From a virus (Duplodnaviria; Caudoviricetes): a stretch of 34,725 bases of DNA. Shown one piece after another: positions 17,571 to 26,719 of this stretch (position 1 is the first letter of the stretch; every line of letters starts with the position of its first letter). A model generated the notes under the pieces. It was not told where the DNA came from. It did not search any database and was given only the letters and a program-made list of their open reading frames with translations. The stretch lies in IMG/VR virus record IMGVR_UViG_3300025652_008283, positions 1 to 34,725 of that record; one strand, written 5' to 3'. A program made the position numbers and the translations under genes.

Positions 17571-17949
17571 ACACACAGTAATGATTTTACCCCCCGTTAA
17601 AAGGGATATACAGATTTCGACGATATTATCTAATGACTCAGTTGTGTCAGAATTTAATAGAGTTAAAAGGTTTGCCAAAATTAAAAATAACTCAGGGAAA
17701 CTATACATCAAATTTTTCATAATGGATATGAAAACGATGCATAATGTTGGCGTTGATTACCCTAATTTATATCTAGATAGTCATTTGTATGACGAATCAA
17801 CTAAAGATTATACAAGAAAACATTTAAAATTTAAAAAAGATAGCGTTATTATAGACACAAAGTTGTTTAAGACTAAAAAAATAAAATTTAGGGTATCATT
17901 AATAGACCGAGGTCAAGTAATTGACCAATGTTTTATCGATATAGTGTAA
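17563..17949 (+). CDS. Hypothetical protein, possibly the detached C-terminal domain of gpJ-1
   Basis: Overlaps the gpJ-1 stop; weak by-eye similarity to the last ~130 aa of gpJ-2. Confidence 0.65.
   Translation: MIRHTVMILPPVKRDIQISTILSNDSVVSEFNRVKRFAKIKNNSGKLYIKFFIMDMKTMHNVGVDYPNLYLDSHLYDESTKDYTRKHLKFKKDSVIIDTKLFKTKKIKFRVSLIDRGQVIDQCFIDIV
17944..17949 (+). promoter_or_regulatory. GTGTAA motif, 10 nt before ATG 17960
   Basis: Plus strand reads GTGTAA TATAACTAGG ATG; it doubles as the last codon and stop of the upstream ORF. Confidence 0.55.
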
Positions 17950-17959
17950 TATAACTAGG

Positions 17960-20900
17960 ATGAGGGATTATAAAAAATATTTAAAGGATAAATTAAGCCA
18001 ACCAAAAGCAGTAATAGGTTCAGCTATCTTAAACCCACCTGCTGGGGGTCAGTTAGGGTTACAATCTTCAGCCTCTATGGCTGTTTTAGATTTGGTTTCT
18101 GAGGGGCCTATTTATGGTTTAGTTGACGGCAACGGCAAGAAAACAAACAATATGAGTGTATTGGAGTCTTTGTATTTGAACGATACCGCTGTTTTGGGTA
18201 AGAGTGTAAGTGAGGCGCAGATAAGAAATTTAAATTACAGCCAAATACAATCAGTCAATAGACTTAATTCTCAAAATATAGAAACAGCTTTTAACAATAT
18301 ATCTGGTGAGCTGAGCGCTCACGCGTCGCTCAACTTGAACAACCCAAGCTTTGCTGAGATTAAAATAAATCAATTAAAGCAGGAAAAGGAAACACTTAAA
18401 GAATTTATAGACGAAAACCCTTCATTACAAAGGTTTGGGTTTGCTCAATTTAAATTGTCTGGAATTTTCCCAACTGGGGACGAAATATATTCAAGGGTAC
18501 AAAGTACTCAGTTTGAAGTTAATCAAAACTTCACCGATACTTATAATGCGACCACTTTTGATTTGAATGTCTATAATGGAACAAACCTTTCTAAAAGAAC
18601 CATAAAAAACGAAGAAAACGAAAGTATTGAAATACCAGGTTCTTTTGTCTATGGTTATCAATCATTTAATGATTCTATATATGGCGGTTACGCTTCAGCC
18701 CCAAATACTCTTCAGGTGGATCAAGATGGCAAAGTCGGATTGAAATATTTGATAGATGGGTTTGCTGGCGGAGGAATGTTTTTTTTCGAGATGGGTGATG
18801 CGCCGAGTGCGGCAATTTCGCGTTTCTTTGTAGACAAAACCGACGCCAATTTAACTGGTAAATTGCAAAGCGGTAAAACTTATGGTTATGATGTTTTTGT
18901 TTATGATACCACAGGGATTTCATTAGAAAAAGCATCCCCAAACCAATCCAACCCAAGTGCTGGTGAGGTAAACGGAAAAAACATTGGACTAGGTTACATT
19001 AGCGATTCGGATTTTAAATACAATTATGGTAATATAGATTTTGAATTTAGAAACGGTCACGAGTTCCAATCAGTTATGGACGGGCATTCTGATGGTACTC
19101 TGGATTTTAATATAAGAAAAAAATTATATGGACCCTTGCAGTATGGTGGTAGTGCAACGTCTGAAGACGGATATTCAGACCCAAGAGAGGGTGGAGACTT
19201 CTCCGATTGGATGCTTAATCCGCCGCTAGAGTCGGACTCTTATCCATACACCCACACAATAAAAAGAAATGAAGTAAAGAAATGTTTCCCCACAATAGCT
19301 ATTGAGGCGCTGAGTGATGTGATTTCCGATGGCGAAGACGCTGGTGTCCAAAGAGCAGAAACTCTTTCGTTAGCACTGGTTTATGGTTTTGAAGGCGGGG
19401 TAACTGGAAGTGTCGGGGAGCTTTTGTCTGGAGGTAATTCTCTTCAAGAGGTAGCTCTAGGTTTGTATGAAACTACTGAAAATATTCAGTATAATGGGAT
19501 AGTGGTATCAAACTATCTTGATACGTATTCTGGTATTGGGGATTTGCCAAAAAATAAAATTTTAAAAGATTTAAAAGTAAATGCCACTGATGTTCCTGGA
19601 TTAACCTCATCGCTAATAACTCAATTTGGTTATAATTCCGAAGATTATATATTTCCTGGGGAAGATTGGAAAGTGGCGAATAGGTTTTTAAGAATAGAAA
19701 AGTTAAGTTATGAAACAGATTCCACGCTAATTAGCAGAGACTGCTCTCTCAGTTATGTAACAGAAACAATTGGAGACAACTTCAGTTACCCACTTGTCGC
19801 TTTAGCGGGTACAATCTTTGACGCTAGAAATTTCGCAGCCCAGCCAGAAAGAGACTACGAAGTAAGGGGGAAGTTGATCTCAATTCCATCTAATTATGAA
19901 CCGTTAAACGAAGATGGATCTGACAAAAGATTTGTAACAAATTCTAATCAATATGGGTTAAGAGATGTGGTGAAGTTTGGCGTAAATAGTAGAGCAAGCA
20001 TTCTTGATGCAATTTCTATAGGAACTGACAATTTTGAAATTTCTTTTAAATTTAAATGTGACACATTAAGAACCACTGATTTTGGAAATTACATTTTCTC
20101 AAATGGCCCTCAGTCAAGCGATGACTTCCTGACATTTTTTCAACTCAAAGGTGAATTTGTACTTGCAGGTAATTCTCCTGGAATAGAAAACGATATTTGG
20201 ATTCCTTTTACTTATTCAGAAATCGGAGCTACTGCTGATAATATTTTCGAAGTTTCTATCAAGTGTGTAGATAAAAAATACACTATGGATATAATGATTA
20301 ACGGTGTATTAAAAGGATCTAAATCAAGTTCTTACAATAATGCTCGGCGCAGTTTTACTTGGGATGATTTTACAATATGCGCTTATAATTCAGTAACTAG
20401 TGTAGAGATAGCTGATTTTAAGATCAAAAAGAATAACCAATTATTACATTTTTTTGATGGCACAGTTATAGACACAACAAGAAGCGGCCCGTGTTTAAAA
20501 GATAAATTTGGAGGATCACACGCCAAATTGCAAGTCATATCTGGCATAGGGAATGGGACGTATTCTACTGTAAAAGATTCGACATTTAAATTTGGCAAAA
20601 ATAAAGCCGCAATTTATAACGGAGCGTGGGACGGAACATTTAAACTTGGTTGGAGCGATAACCCAGCTTGGATTTTATATGATCTAATGATTAACCCTAT
20701 CTATGGAGTTGGAAATAATTTAGATAATAGAGAAGACATCAATATATTTAATTTATATCAAATAGCTAGATATTGTGACGCGGTTGATGACGAGGGGTAT
20801 TTTGATGGTTTACCAGATTCAACTAGGGGTTTAGAGCCGAGATTTTCCTGTAACCTAAGAATATATGAGTCAAAAAATGCTTTTGAGGTTATTGGTAATA

Positions 20901-22582
20901 TAGCTTCTATATTTAGAGGTTTTACTTACTGGGATGGAGTTGGTTTGAATTTTGCCCTAGATAGACCCAAAGAGGTTAGTGCTATTTTTAATAACAATAA
21001 CGTATTTGACGGAAACTTTAATTACGCAGATATAACATCTTCAGCAAGATTTACAAAAGTAGAAGTGATGTATGCTGATGCGAGAGATGTATACCAAACA
21101 AAAGTAGAATATGTTGAAGATGAAGAAGCTATCAGAAAATATGGTATTATAAACCAAAGGCTAAATGGGATTGGTTGCACATCTAAATCTCAAGCTAGGA
21201 GATTGGGTCAATATGTTTTATTAAGCAACAAACTAGAAACAGAAATAACTCAATTTAAAGCTGGAGGCGAGTGTCTTTTTCTGGAGCCTGGAGATATAAT
21301 TAGAATTGATGACGAATTAAAGAATTTTGAGATAAACTATGGAAAGGTTTTGGAGGTTAGTGATAGTACTCCTAACCCATATGTATCGGTGGAAAATTCT
21401 ATAAACATAAGTTCTATCAAAACTGGACAGGGCGGTAATATAGAATCTGACTTATATCTATATACAAATAGAAAACAAAATGAATTAGAAAATTTATACG
21501 AAATAATTAAATACAAGACAACTTATCAATTTGGAGAAGATTCGGATGTTTATAGTGGTGTCGTTGATTCTGAATTTATAAATGAACAAAGTTTATCGGA
21601 AATTTCCAAAATAAATGTTACTGGAGCTGTGTCTGCTGGAAACAAGACAATACTGTATTTAGATACTGGAGACTCAAACTTCGAGTACTTAAGCGGGGTT
21701 CAGAGTGGTTCTTTCTTTAATTTAGAATTAAAAAGCGATGTCAATGAATATTTTAAAATAGTAAAAAAGACTCAGGTCGAAAACAATTTATTTGAAATAG
21801 AAGCGATGGAATATAGTTTTGATAAATTCGAAAAAATAGAAAACGAAGATTATGACGACGAGGTTAATACACACAATATAGGTGTATTATCTAATGTTAT
21901 TAATAGGCCGATTGCTCCAACTGTTGTTTCTCAGATTACCCTGGCTAATAATTTGTCTTATAAGGTGGCTGGTACAATCACCGCAGCACCAAATAGTAAC
22001 GAAACTTCATATAGGGTAGTTCTTTATAGAACAAACCTATCTGGGCCATATATTGAAAAAGAATTTTTAAGAGAGTCTGATGATACAACCAGTTTCGAAA
22101 TTAACGGGTTAATAGATGGTTTTTACACTATATCTGTGGCTGCTTTAAGAAACCCAGAATCCAGTAATAATCACACAGAATCTTTTGTTATTGATGCTTT
22201 ACCATTGGTATATATGCATCCATTGATAAAAACAATAGATATTGCCGATTCGGCTGAAGTTAATTATGAAAGAATTAGTGGAAGCGGTTTTGGATCTGGA
22301 GTTTCAAACTACGAAGACCCTGAATATAGATTTATAACTGTTGATCAAAGAGATGTTGTTTTTAGTTTAACTCAATTAGATTTTACTTTAGATATTTATG
22401 CAGAAAAAAGTGGCGAGTACGTTTTAGTGAAACAGGATCACGAAAACGATATGTTCGTTTTTAATGATGTAGACAACGCTTCTATTTTTGGTTCGGTTGT
22501 TTCTAATTTCAATCTTAAATTTGATCTAAAAAAAGACGGAACCGTTGTAGATTCCGCCTTTTTTGAGACTACTTTAAATTAG
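17960..22582 (+). CDS. Lambda gpJ-like central tail fibre/tip protein 2
   Basis: LDLVSEGPIYGLVDG; IPSNY; YNGAWDGTFKLGWSDNPAWILYDL; YCD; EPRFSCN; GCTSKSQARRLGQY; LEPGDII. Confidence 0.93.
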   Translation: MRDYKKYLKDKLSQPKAVIGSAILNPPAGGQLGLQSSASMAVLDLVSEGPIYGLVDGNGKKTNNMSVLESLYLNDTAVLGKSVSEAQIRNLNYSQIQSVNRLNSQNIETAFNNISGELSAHASLNLNNPSFAEIKINQLKQEKETLKEFIDENPSLQRFGFAQFKLSGIFPTGDEIYSRVQSTQFEVNQNFTDTYNATTFDLNVYNGTNLSKRTIKNEENESIEIPGSFVYGYQSFNDSIYGGYASAPNTLQVDQDGKVGLKYLIDGFAGGGMFFFEMGDAPSAAISRFFVDKTDANLTGKLQSGKTYGYDVFVYDTTGISLEKASPNQSNPSAGEVNGKNIGLGYISDSDFKYNYGNIDFEFRNGHEFQSVMDGHSDGTLDFNIRKKLYGPLQYGGSATSEDGYSDPREGGDFSDWMLNPPLESDSYPYTHTIKRNEVKKCFPTIAIEALSDVISDGEDAGVQRAETLSLALVYGFEGGVTGSVGELLSGGNSLQEVALGLYETTENIQYNGIVVSNYLDTYSGIGDLPKNKILKDLKVNATDVPGLTSSLITQFGYNSEDYIFPGEDWKVANRFLRIEKLSYETDSTLISRDCSLSYVTETIGDNFSYPLVALAGTIFDARNFAAQPERDYEVRGKLISIPSNYEPLNEDGSDKRFVTNSNQYGLRDVVKFGVNSRASILDAISIGTDNFEISFKFKCDTLRTTDFGNYIFSNGPQSSDDFLTFFQLKGEFVLAGNSPGIENDIWIPFTYSEIGATADNIFEVSIKCVDKKYTMDIMINGVLKGSKSSSYNNARRSFTWDDFTICAYNSVTSVEIADFKIKKNNQLLHFFDGTVIDTTRSGPCLKDKFGGSHAKLQVISGIGNGTYSTVKDSTFKFGKNKAAIYNGAWDGTFKLGWSDNPAWILYDLMINPIYGVGNNLDNREDINIFNLYQIARYCDAVDDEGYFDGLPDSTRGLEPRFSCNLRIYESKNAFEVIGNIASIFRGFTYWDGVGLNFALDRPKEVSAIFNNNNVFDGNFNYADITSSARFTKVEVMYADARDVYQTKVEYVEDEEAIRKYGIINQRLNGIGCTSKSQARRLGQYVLLSNKLETEITQFKAGGECLFLEPGDIIRIDDELKNFEINYGKVLEVSDSTPNPYVSVENSINISSIKTGQGGNIESDLYLYTNRKQNELENLYEIIKYKTTYQFGEDSDVYSGVVDSEFINEQSLSEISKINVTGAVSAGNKTILYLDTGDSNFEYLSGVQSGSFFNLELKSDVNEYFKIVKKTQVENNLFEIEAMEYSFDKFEKIENEDYDDEVNTHNIGVLSNVINRPIAPTVVSQITLANNLSYKVAGTITAAPNSNETSYRVVLYRTNLSGPYIEKEFLRESDDTTSFEINGLIDGFYTISVAALRNPESSNNHTESFVIDALPLVYMHPLIKTIDIADSAEVNYERISGSGFGSGVSNYEDPEYRFITVDQRDVVFSLTQLDFTLDIYAEKSGEYVLVKQDHENDMFVFNDVDNASIFGSVVSNFNLKFDLKKDGTVVDSAFFETTLN

Positions 22583-23317
22583 TTTTAACAATTTACGACA
22601 TTCTTTTGCTGGAATATCTTTGTAGTTTTTCCAAGTCTTGATAACTTCTGGATCATTCTCATATTTACCGTCCGCGTAAAGCTTGCGTAGCTTAGTTAAA
22701 AAAGAACTGAAGTCTGTACCTGCTTTCTCTTTTAAAATGCCTTGTGGGCTAATATCCTTCGCTCCAGAGCTAGGTGCGACAACAATTGGAGCTTTGTTTC
22801 TTGAGGTATCAATTTCATCTGCTCCGACAATATGAATACCCAAGAAATTGCGGACAGTACGAACGAATGCGCGATTTTCCGCAATACACTCTAAGAACTT
22901 AGCAGCAAACCCGTTTGTGTTGTGGACTGTGGCGTTAGCGATGGAGGAAAAACTAAGACCTTCTGCATCTGGGTTTTCATAATTAGGAATGAAATTAATA
23001 ACACAACGAACCACTGAACGCTCATCAGAGCTTTCTTCTACGTTATACCCAACACTCTTGATGCCACGGAGCTTTGCTAGTTCTTTGATCCCACCCAACT
23101 TAATAAAAAGCTGGTTATCCTCTAGCCCTTCCGTGGATTCTGGAACTGGCATCTTGCGCATTTCAAAATGATCCTTGTTTGGGTATAGATGTTCTGGACT
23201 AATCATGGCTCGCCAATTGACGGAACCATCTTTATTGAATACATATGAAACAGACTCAAGGAGTCCATGTTCGTCGCGCTTCCAGATATCTGGGCCAAAT
23301 AATTTATTCTTCGTCAT
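22574..23317 (-). CDS. Putative single-strand annealing protein (Rad52/Sak-like)
   Basis: IKLGGIKELA...AENRAFVRTVRNFLGI..VGADEI resembles the 'AE.RA..RA....GI....EE' helix of phage SSAPs. Confidence 0.45.
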   Translation of the reverse strand: MTKNKLFGPDIWKRDEHGLLESVSYVFNKDGSVNWRAMISPEHLYPNKDHFEMRKMPVPESTEGLEDNQLFIKLGGIKELAKLRGIKSVGYNVEESSDERSVVRCVINFIPNYENPDAEGLSFSSIANATVHNTNGFAAKFLECIAENRAFVRTVRNFLGIHIVGADEIDTSRNKAPIVVAPSSGAKDISPQGILKEKAGTDFSSFLTKLRKLYADGKYENDPEVIKTWKNYKDIPAKECRKLLKLI

Positions 23318-24443
23318 ATAGGTATAAGTTTTCTAATTCTTTAGATGAGGCTTCATCATAGACAAAATTGTTCGACCTGTCAAGTCTATTTGCAGAAGAT
23401 TCTGAATTAAATGCCTCCGCATTTGTAATAAACTTTTTATTTGATAAAAACTTGCATTGTTTTTGTTTGTTTTCTAAGGTTTGTGGGGGTTCTTTTGCAG
23501 CCACGATAAAATCAAAATATTTTAACCTAACTGATGATATAGCTCCCTCATCTTCCACAACAATTACTAGATTTACGTTTTTCTTTTTTAACTTTTTAAA
23601 AAATTTAGTTAAATCCGATAACTCGTGTTTTTTGCTGTAGTAAAAAATTATTTGTTTTAGATTGGTGCAGGCTTTTAACATTTTCTCATCCAACTCTTGG
23701 TCTGTATGTAGATTAACCTTGCAAAATCTGCACCAATTAATAATATTTTTTTCATCAAAATGTAGGTCGCTTTTAATATTCACAAAATGACCAGATAACT
23801 CTTTATATGGTTCAAAGAAATTAGGAACAATATCAACGGTTTGGGAATTAAATCTTGAGCCAATTCGGATTGTTTTAAATCTGATTTTTATTGAAATACC
23901 TAATTGATCTAAAATATTTTGAGCAATCGTCTCTGGTTTAATCTCGTTAATTCTAGAGCAGTTGGTGGAAAAAGAAGGTTTTATTTCAGAAAAATCTGGA
24001 GAAATATTTATACACTTGTTCTTAATATGCCAAATTGGTTTTGAATTTTCTATATATGAATTAAAATGCAATACAATAGAGGGTATATCATAAACAGATG
24101 CTACGTGTCCTGAGAAGCTTTCGCATCCGACGTGCGTTGATGAATTTCTTACAATATAATTTGTTTGTTTGTAGCTACAACCTAAAAAAGATAAATCTAC
24201 ACCTTTGATTTGTTTGTCTTTGAACCCACCTATTTGTATAACTTTTATACCTTGTTTTTTTAAATAAGGATTAATTAGATTCAAAACAATGTCCCAGTAC
24301 AGGTATTCTGAAGACGGGATATTGTCATAAGAATGCAGTGTTATGTATTTTTCTGGCAGACCTGGTACGAAATGTTCTGTAATGTGTGGGCGACCGATCT
24401 TAACTCCAAGATCTTTTGCGTAAACTTCAATTATATGACTCAT
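23304..24443 (-). CDS. GT9 (heptosyltransferase-like) C-terminal half fused to an unknown domain
   Basis: KYITLH...YWDIVLNL...VIQIGG...YIVRNSSTHVGCESFSGHVASVYDIPSIVL. Confidence 0.75.
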   Translation of the reverse strand: MSHIIEVYAKDLGVKIGRPHITEHFVPGLPEKYITLHSYDNIPSSEYLYWDIVLNLINPYLKKQGIKVIQIGGFKDKQIKGVDLSFLGCSYKQTNYIVRNSSTHVGCESFSGHVASVYDIPSIVLHFNSYIENSKPIWHIKNKCINISPDFSEIKPSFSTNCSRINEIKPETIAQNILDQLGISIKIRFKTIRIGSRFNSQTVDIVPNFFEPYKELSGHFVNIKSDLHFDEKNIINWCRFCKVNLHTDQELDEKMLKACTNLKQIIFYYSKKHELSDLTKFFKKLKKKNVNLVIVVEDEGAISSVRLKYFDFIVAAKEPPQTLENKQKQCKFLSNKKFITNAEAFNSESSANRLDRSNNFVYDEASSKELENLYLYDEE

Positions 24444-24516
24444 ATGATTTTTTCTCTTTAATGTAAGAATTAAGTAAAATATTTATTTTGTTTTTAGGTT
24501 AGAGATTTTTTGTTTT

Positions 24517-26205
24517 TTAATTTTCATATAATTCTAATTGAGTTTTATCTATCCCATTGTGGTGAAAATTGTGGAAACGTTGAGTTCCATAGTGGGGGAG
24601 AAACGCCATTTCAAATAAACCTTTGTGGTTACCCTTACCCTCTAGCAGGTGAAGGTTTTCTATTTCTTGAGAATATGGAATAACTTTATAAACAGAGGGA
24701 TGGTCTTCGATATAATCAAAAAATTCAGGTTTCGTAAATACATAAATATCATGATTAGGATAAAGAGAATTAAGATTATCTACGAGTGAATTTAACCATA
24801 ATACATCTACCGCCGATTCAGGCATAACAACAGCTATGCGGCTTCCGTCGTCAACAATATCCTCCAAATTTTTAACTTTGCTTTTTTCATCTAGGACGGG
24901 TTCGTAGTTAGCTGACTCCATTGAGTCTATGATTGCTTCTAGTCTCTTACCCACGGATTCTGTCGAATAGTTTTCAATAGTCCATTCTTTGGCTTTTTTG
25001 CCCATTTGGGTTTTTTTATTAGCATCCATTCGCCAAACCTTTTTGAGCTGTTTTGCTATACTAGATGGATAGGTTGAGGCTTTAATAAACTGAGTTCCAG
25101 GTTCCCTGTATTCAGACCAATCTAAAGGAAAGCTTCCGCACTCTTGGCTAGAGGAATCTTCTCCACAAGAGTAGTTGGTTACAAGGGTGATGAGTTCCGT
25201 CATTTTAGCTTCAAATATAGGTATTTCCATACCCCCACTAGTAAATGGGTGACAATAAACATCCATTAAATTATAAATTTCGTTTAATTGTTCTTCATCA
25301 ACGCCATGTTGAATATTTGTTGTATTGAGTGTTTTTTCTGAGGCACAAAATCTACAAGTTTCCTCTTGTTTTGTAAAAACTCTTATTTCATATTTATTGC
25401 ATGAAGAGCAAAAATATGTTGTAAGTATATCTTGTGGATCAATCTCTTTTTCTTGAATGAGTCTGGGGATATCCCAACCTTCTGACCAGTGTGTATGCAA
25501 CAACAATTTGGCTTTGGGACAGTCCTTTTTGAATATTTTAAAACCCTCAAGTAGGTTGGGTACACTTTTTCTTAATTGATTTCTAAACACAAATCCTACT
25601 ATAAACTCATCAGAAAGACCAAACTGACTTCTCAGTTTTTTTCTATCTATATCATTGAATCTATAAAAATCATCTGTGTTGACTGTTCCTTGTAGGGTTT
25701 TAACGTGTTTTTGTCCCAAATCATTTAAATCTTTTTCCGCGAAAGATGACCAAACATAAAAATTCTTTGTTTTCTTTGCGGCTTCAATTGCTTGAGGGAG
25801 GATTGGTTGACTATCTAAAGTAGTCCAAATCATAGAGTTTGTTTGGTTCCACCAAGGCTTGTCCCAGTAATCTGTAAAAGCCCAGATATCTTCGATCCCA
25901 ATATATACATCTGGCTTGTATTTTTTAATTGCTTCGTCAATCATTTCTGCTCCGTACCCAGCTTTTCTAGCTTTTTGCGGATCAGAGCTTATTTGGCGCA
26001 AAACCTCTTGATTGTCTGGTAAGCTCCCTTGCGCTTTCCAGGGTCTGAGCTTCAAGCTGGCGTCACTCCAGGATGCTCCATTAGCAAACTCAATTATTTC
26101 ATATTTATTGGTAGACTGAAGATACCTTAAAATGTTTTTAGCGTGTTTCCCAAAGCCAGTGAAAGCTTTTGCATTATTAGAGTTGATTAAGACTTTTTTT
26201 TTCAT
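24517..26205 (-). CDS. GT4-family glycosyltransferase with Zn-ribbon insert and C-terminal GT9 N-domain-like region
   Basis: TGFG; PDVYIGIED; VFRNQLRKSVPNLLEGF; LNEIYNLMDVYCHPFTSGGMEIPIFEA; CSSC...CRFC insert. Confidence 0.85.
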   Translation of the reverse strand: MKKKVLINSNNAKAFTGFGKHAKNILRYLQSTNKYEIIEFANGASWSDASLKLRPWKAQGSLPDNQEVLRQISSDPQKARKAGYGAEMIDEAIKKYKPDVYIGIEDIWAFTDYWDKPWWNQTNSMIWTTLDSQPILPQAIEAAKKTKNFYVWSSFAEKDLNDLGQKHVKTLQGTVNTDDFYRFNDIDRKKLRSQFGLSDEFIVGFVFRNQLRKSVPNLLEGFKIFKKDCPKAKLLLHTHWSEGWDIPRLIQEKEIDPQDILTTYFCSSCNKYEIRVFTKQEETCRFCASEKTLNTTNIQHGVDEEQLNEIYNLMDVYCHPFTSGGMEIPIFEAKMTELITLVTNYSCGEDSSSQECGSFPLDWSEYREPGTQFIKASTYPSSIAKQLKKVWRMDANKKTQMGKKAKEWTIENYSTESVGKRLEAIIDSMESANYEPVLDEKSKVKNLEDIVDDGSRIAVVMPESAVDVLWLNSLVDNLNSLYPNHDIYVFTKPEFFDYIEDHPSVYKVIPYSQEIENLHLLEGKGNHKGLFEMAFLPHYGTQRFHNFHHNGIDKTQLELYEN

Positions 26206-26669
26206 TAGTCTTGATATTCAAACAACTTTATCAGATACAGCTCCAAGAGAGCTTTAAGTGTTCTAGCCTCCCCAAGTTCAATACCTATTCCAAATTTAAG
26301 GGTTGAATTTTTAATGACCCCAAGAGACCAAGCGTTTGTGCCATTATTTTTTTGATATGGCTTCAATGAAATTGTTGTCTTATCATCATTATAAGTATGA
26401 AAGGCGGAAAAGTCACTATATTTTTCTATAGCATTTAAAATGGCTCCGACTTCGTTTTCATTGATTTTGCAATAAATATTTTTTTCTGGGTCTTTCGCGT
26501 TAGCACTAAAAGATCCTATTTTCTTATTTGCATTCCAACTGGCTTGTTTGATAGATTGAATCAAGAAAGTAGGTTTAGTGTTTTGACCATCTTTGTCTTT
26601 TGTTATTATTTTGAAAGAGAAAGCGCATCCAGTATTCTTTGTGTTGGGTTTATAAAGATTGTATTGCAT
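26205..26669 (-). CDS. Hypothetical protein, possibly Whirly-like ssDNA-binding protein
   Basis: YNLYK...AFSF...KINENEVGAIL...AFH...ISLKP...WSLGV...IELGEARTL follows the Whirly/PC4-like duplicated beta-sheet + helix pattern. Confidence 0.45.
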   Translation of the reverse strand: MQYNLYKPNTKNTGCAFSFKIITKDKDGQNTKPTFLIQSIKQASWNANKKIGSFSANAKDPEKNIYCKINENEVGAILNAIEKYSDFSAFHTYNDDKTTISLKPYQKNNGTNAWSLGVIKNSTLKFGIGIELGEARTLKALLELYLIKLFEYQD

Positions 26670-26676
26670 ATGGGAT

Positions 26677-26705
26677 ATTATATATCCTATACGCTATAAT
26701 TCTAC
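26677..26705 (-). promoter_or_regulatory. Sigma70-like promoter GTAGAA-N17-TATAAT, 7 nt before ATG 26669
   Basis: ttctac at 26700-26705 and attata at 26677-26682 on the plus strand. Confidence 0.6.
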
Positions 26706-26719
26706 TATAATTTAGTTGA

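Noticed and set aside
10050-22582. Invertible segment explaining the opposite orientation of the tail island
   Set aside because: I found no terminal inverted repeats or recombinase, and the right end overlaps the convergent gene (22574-22582).
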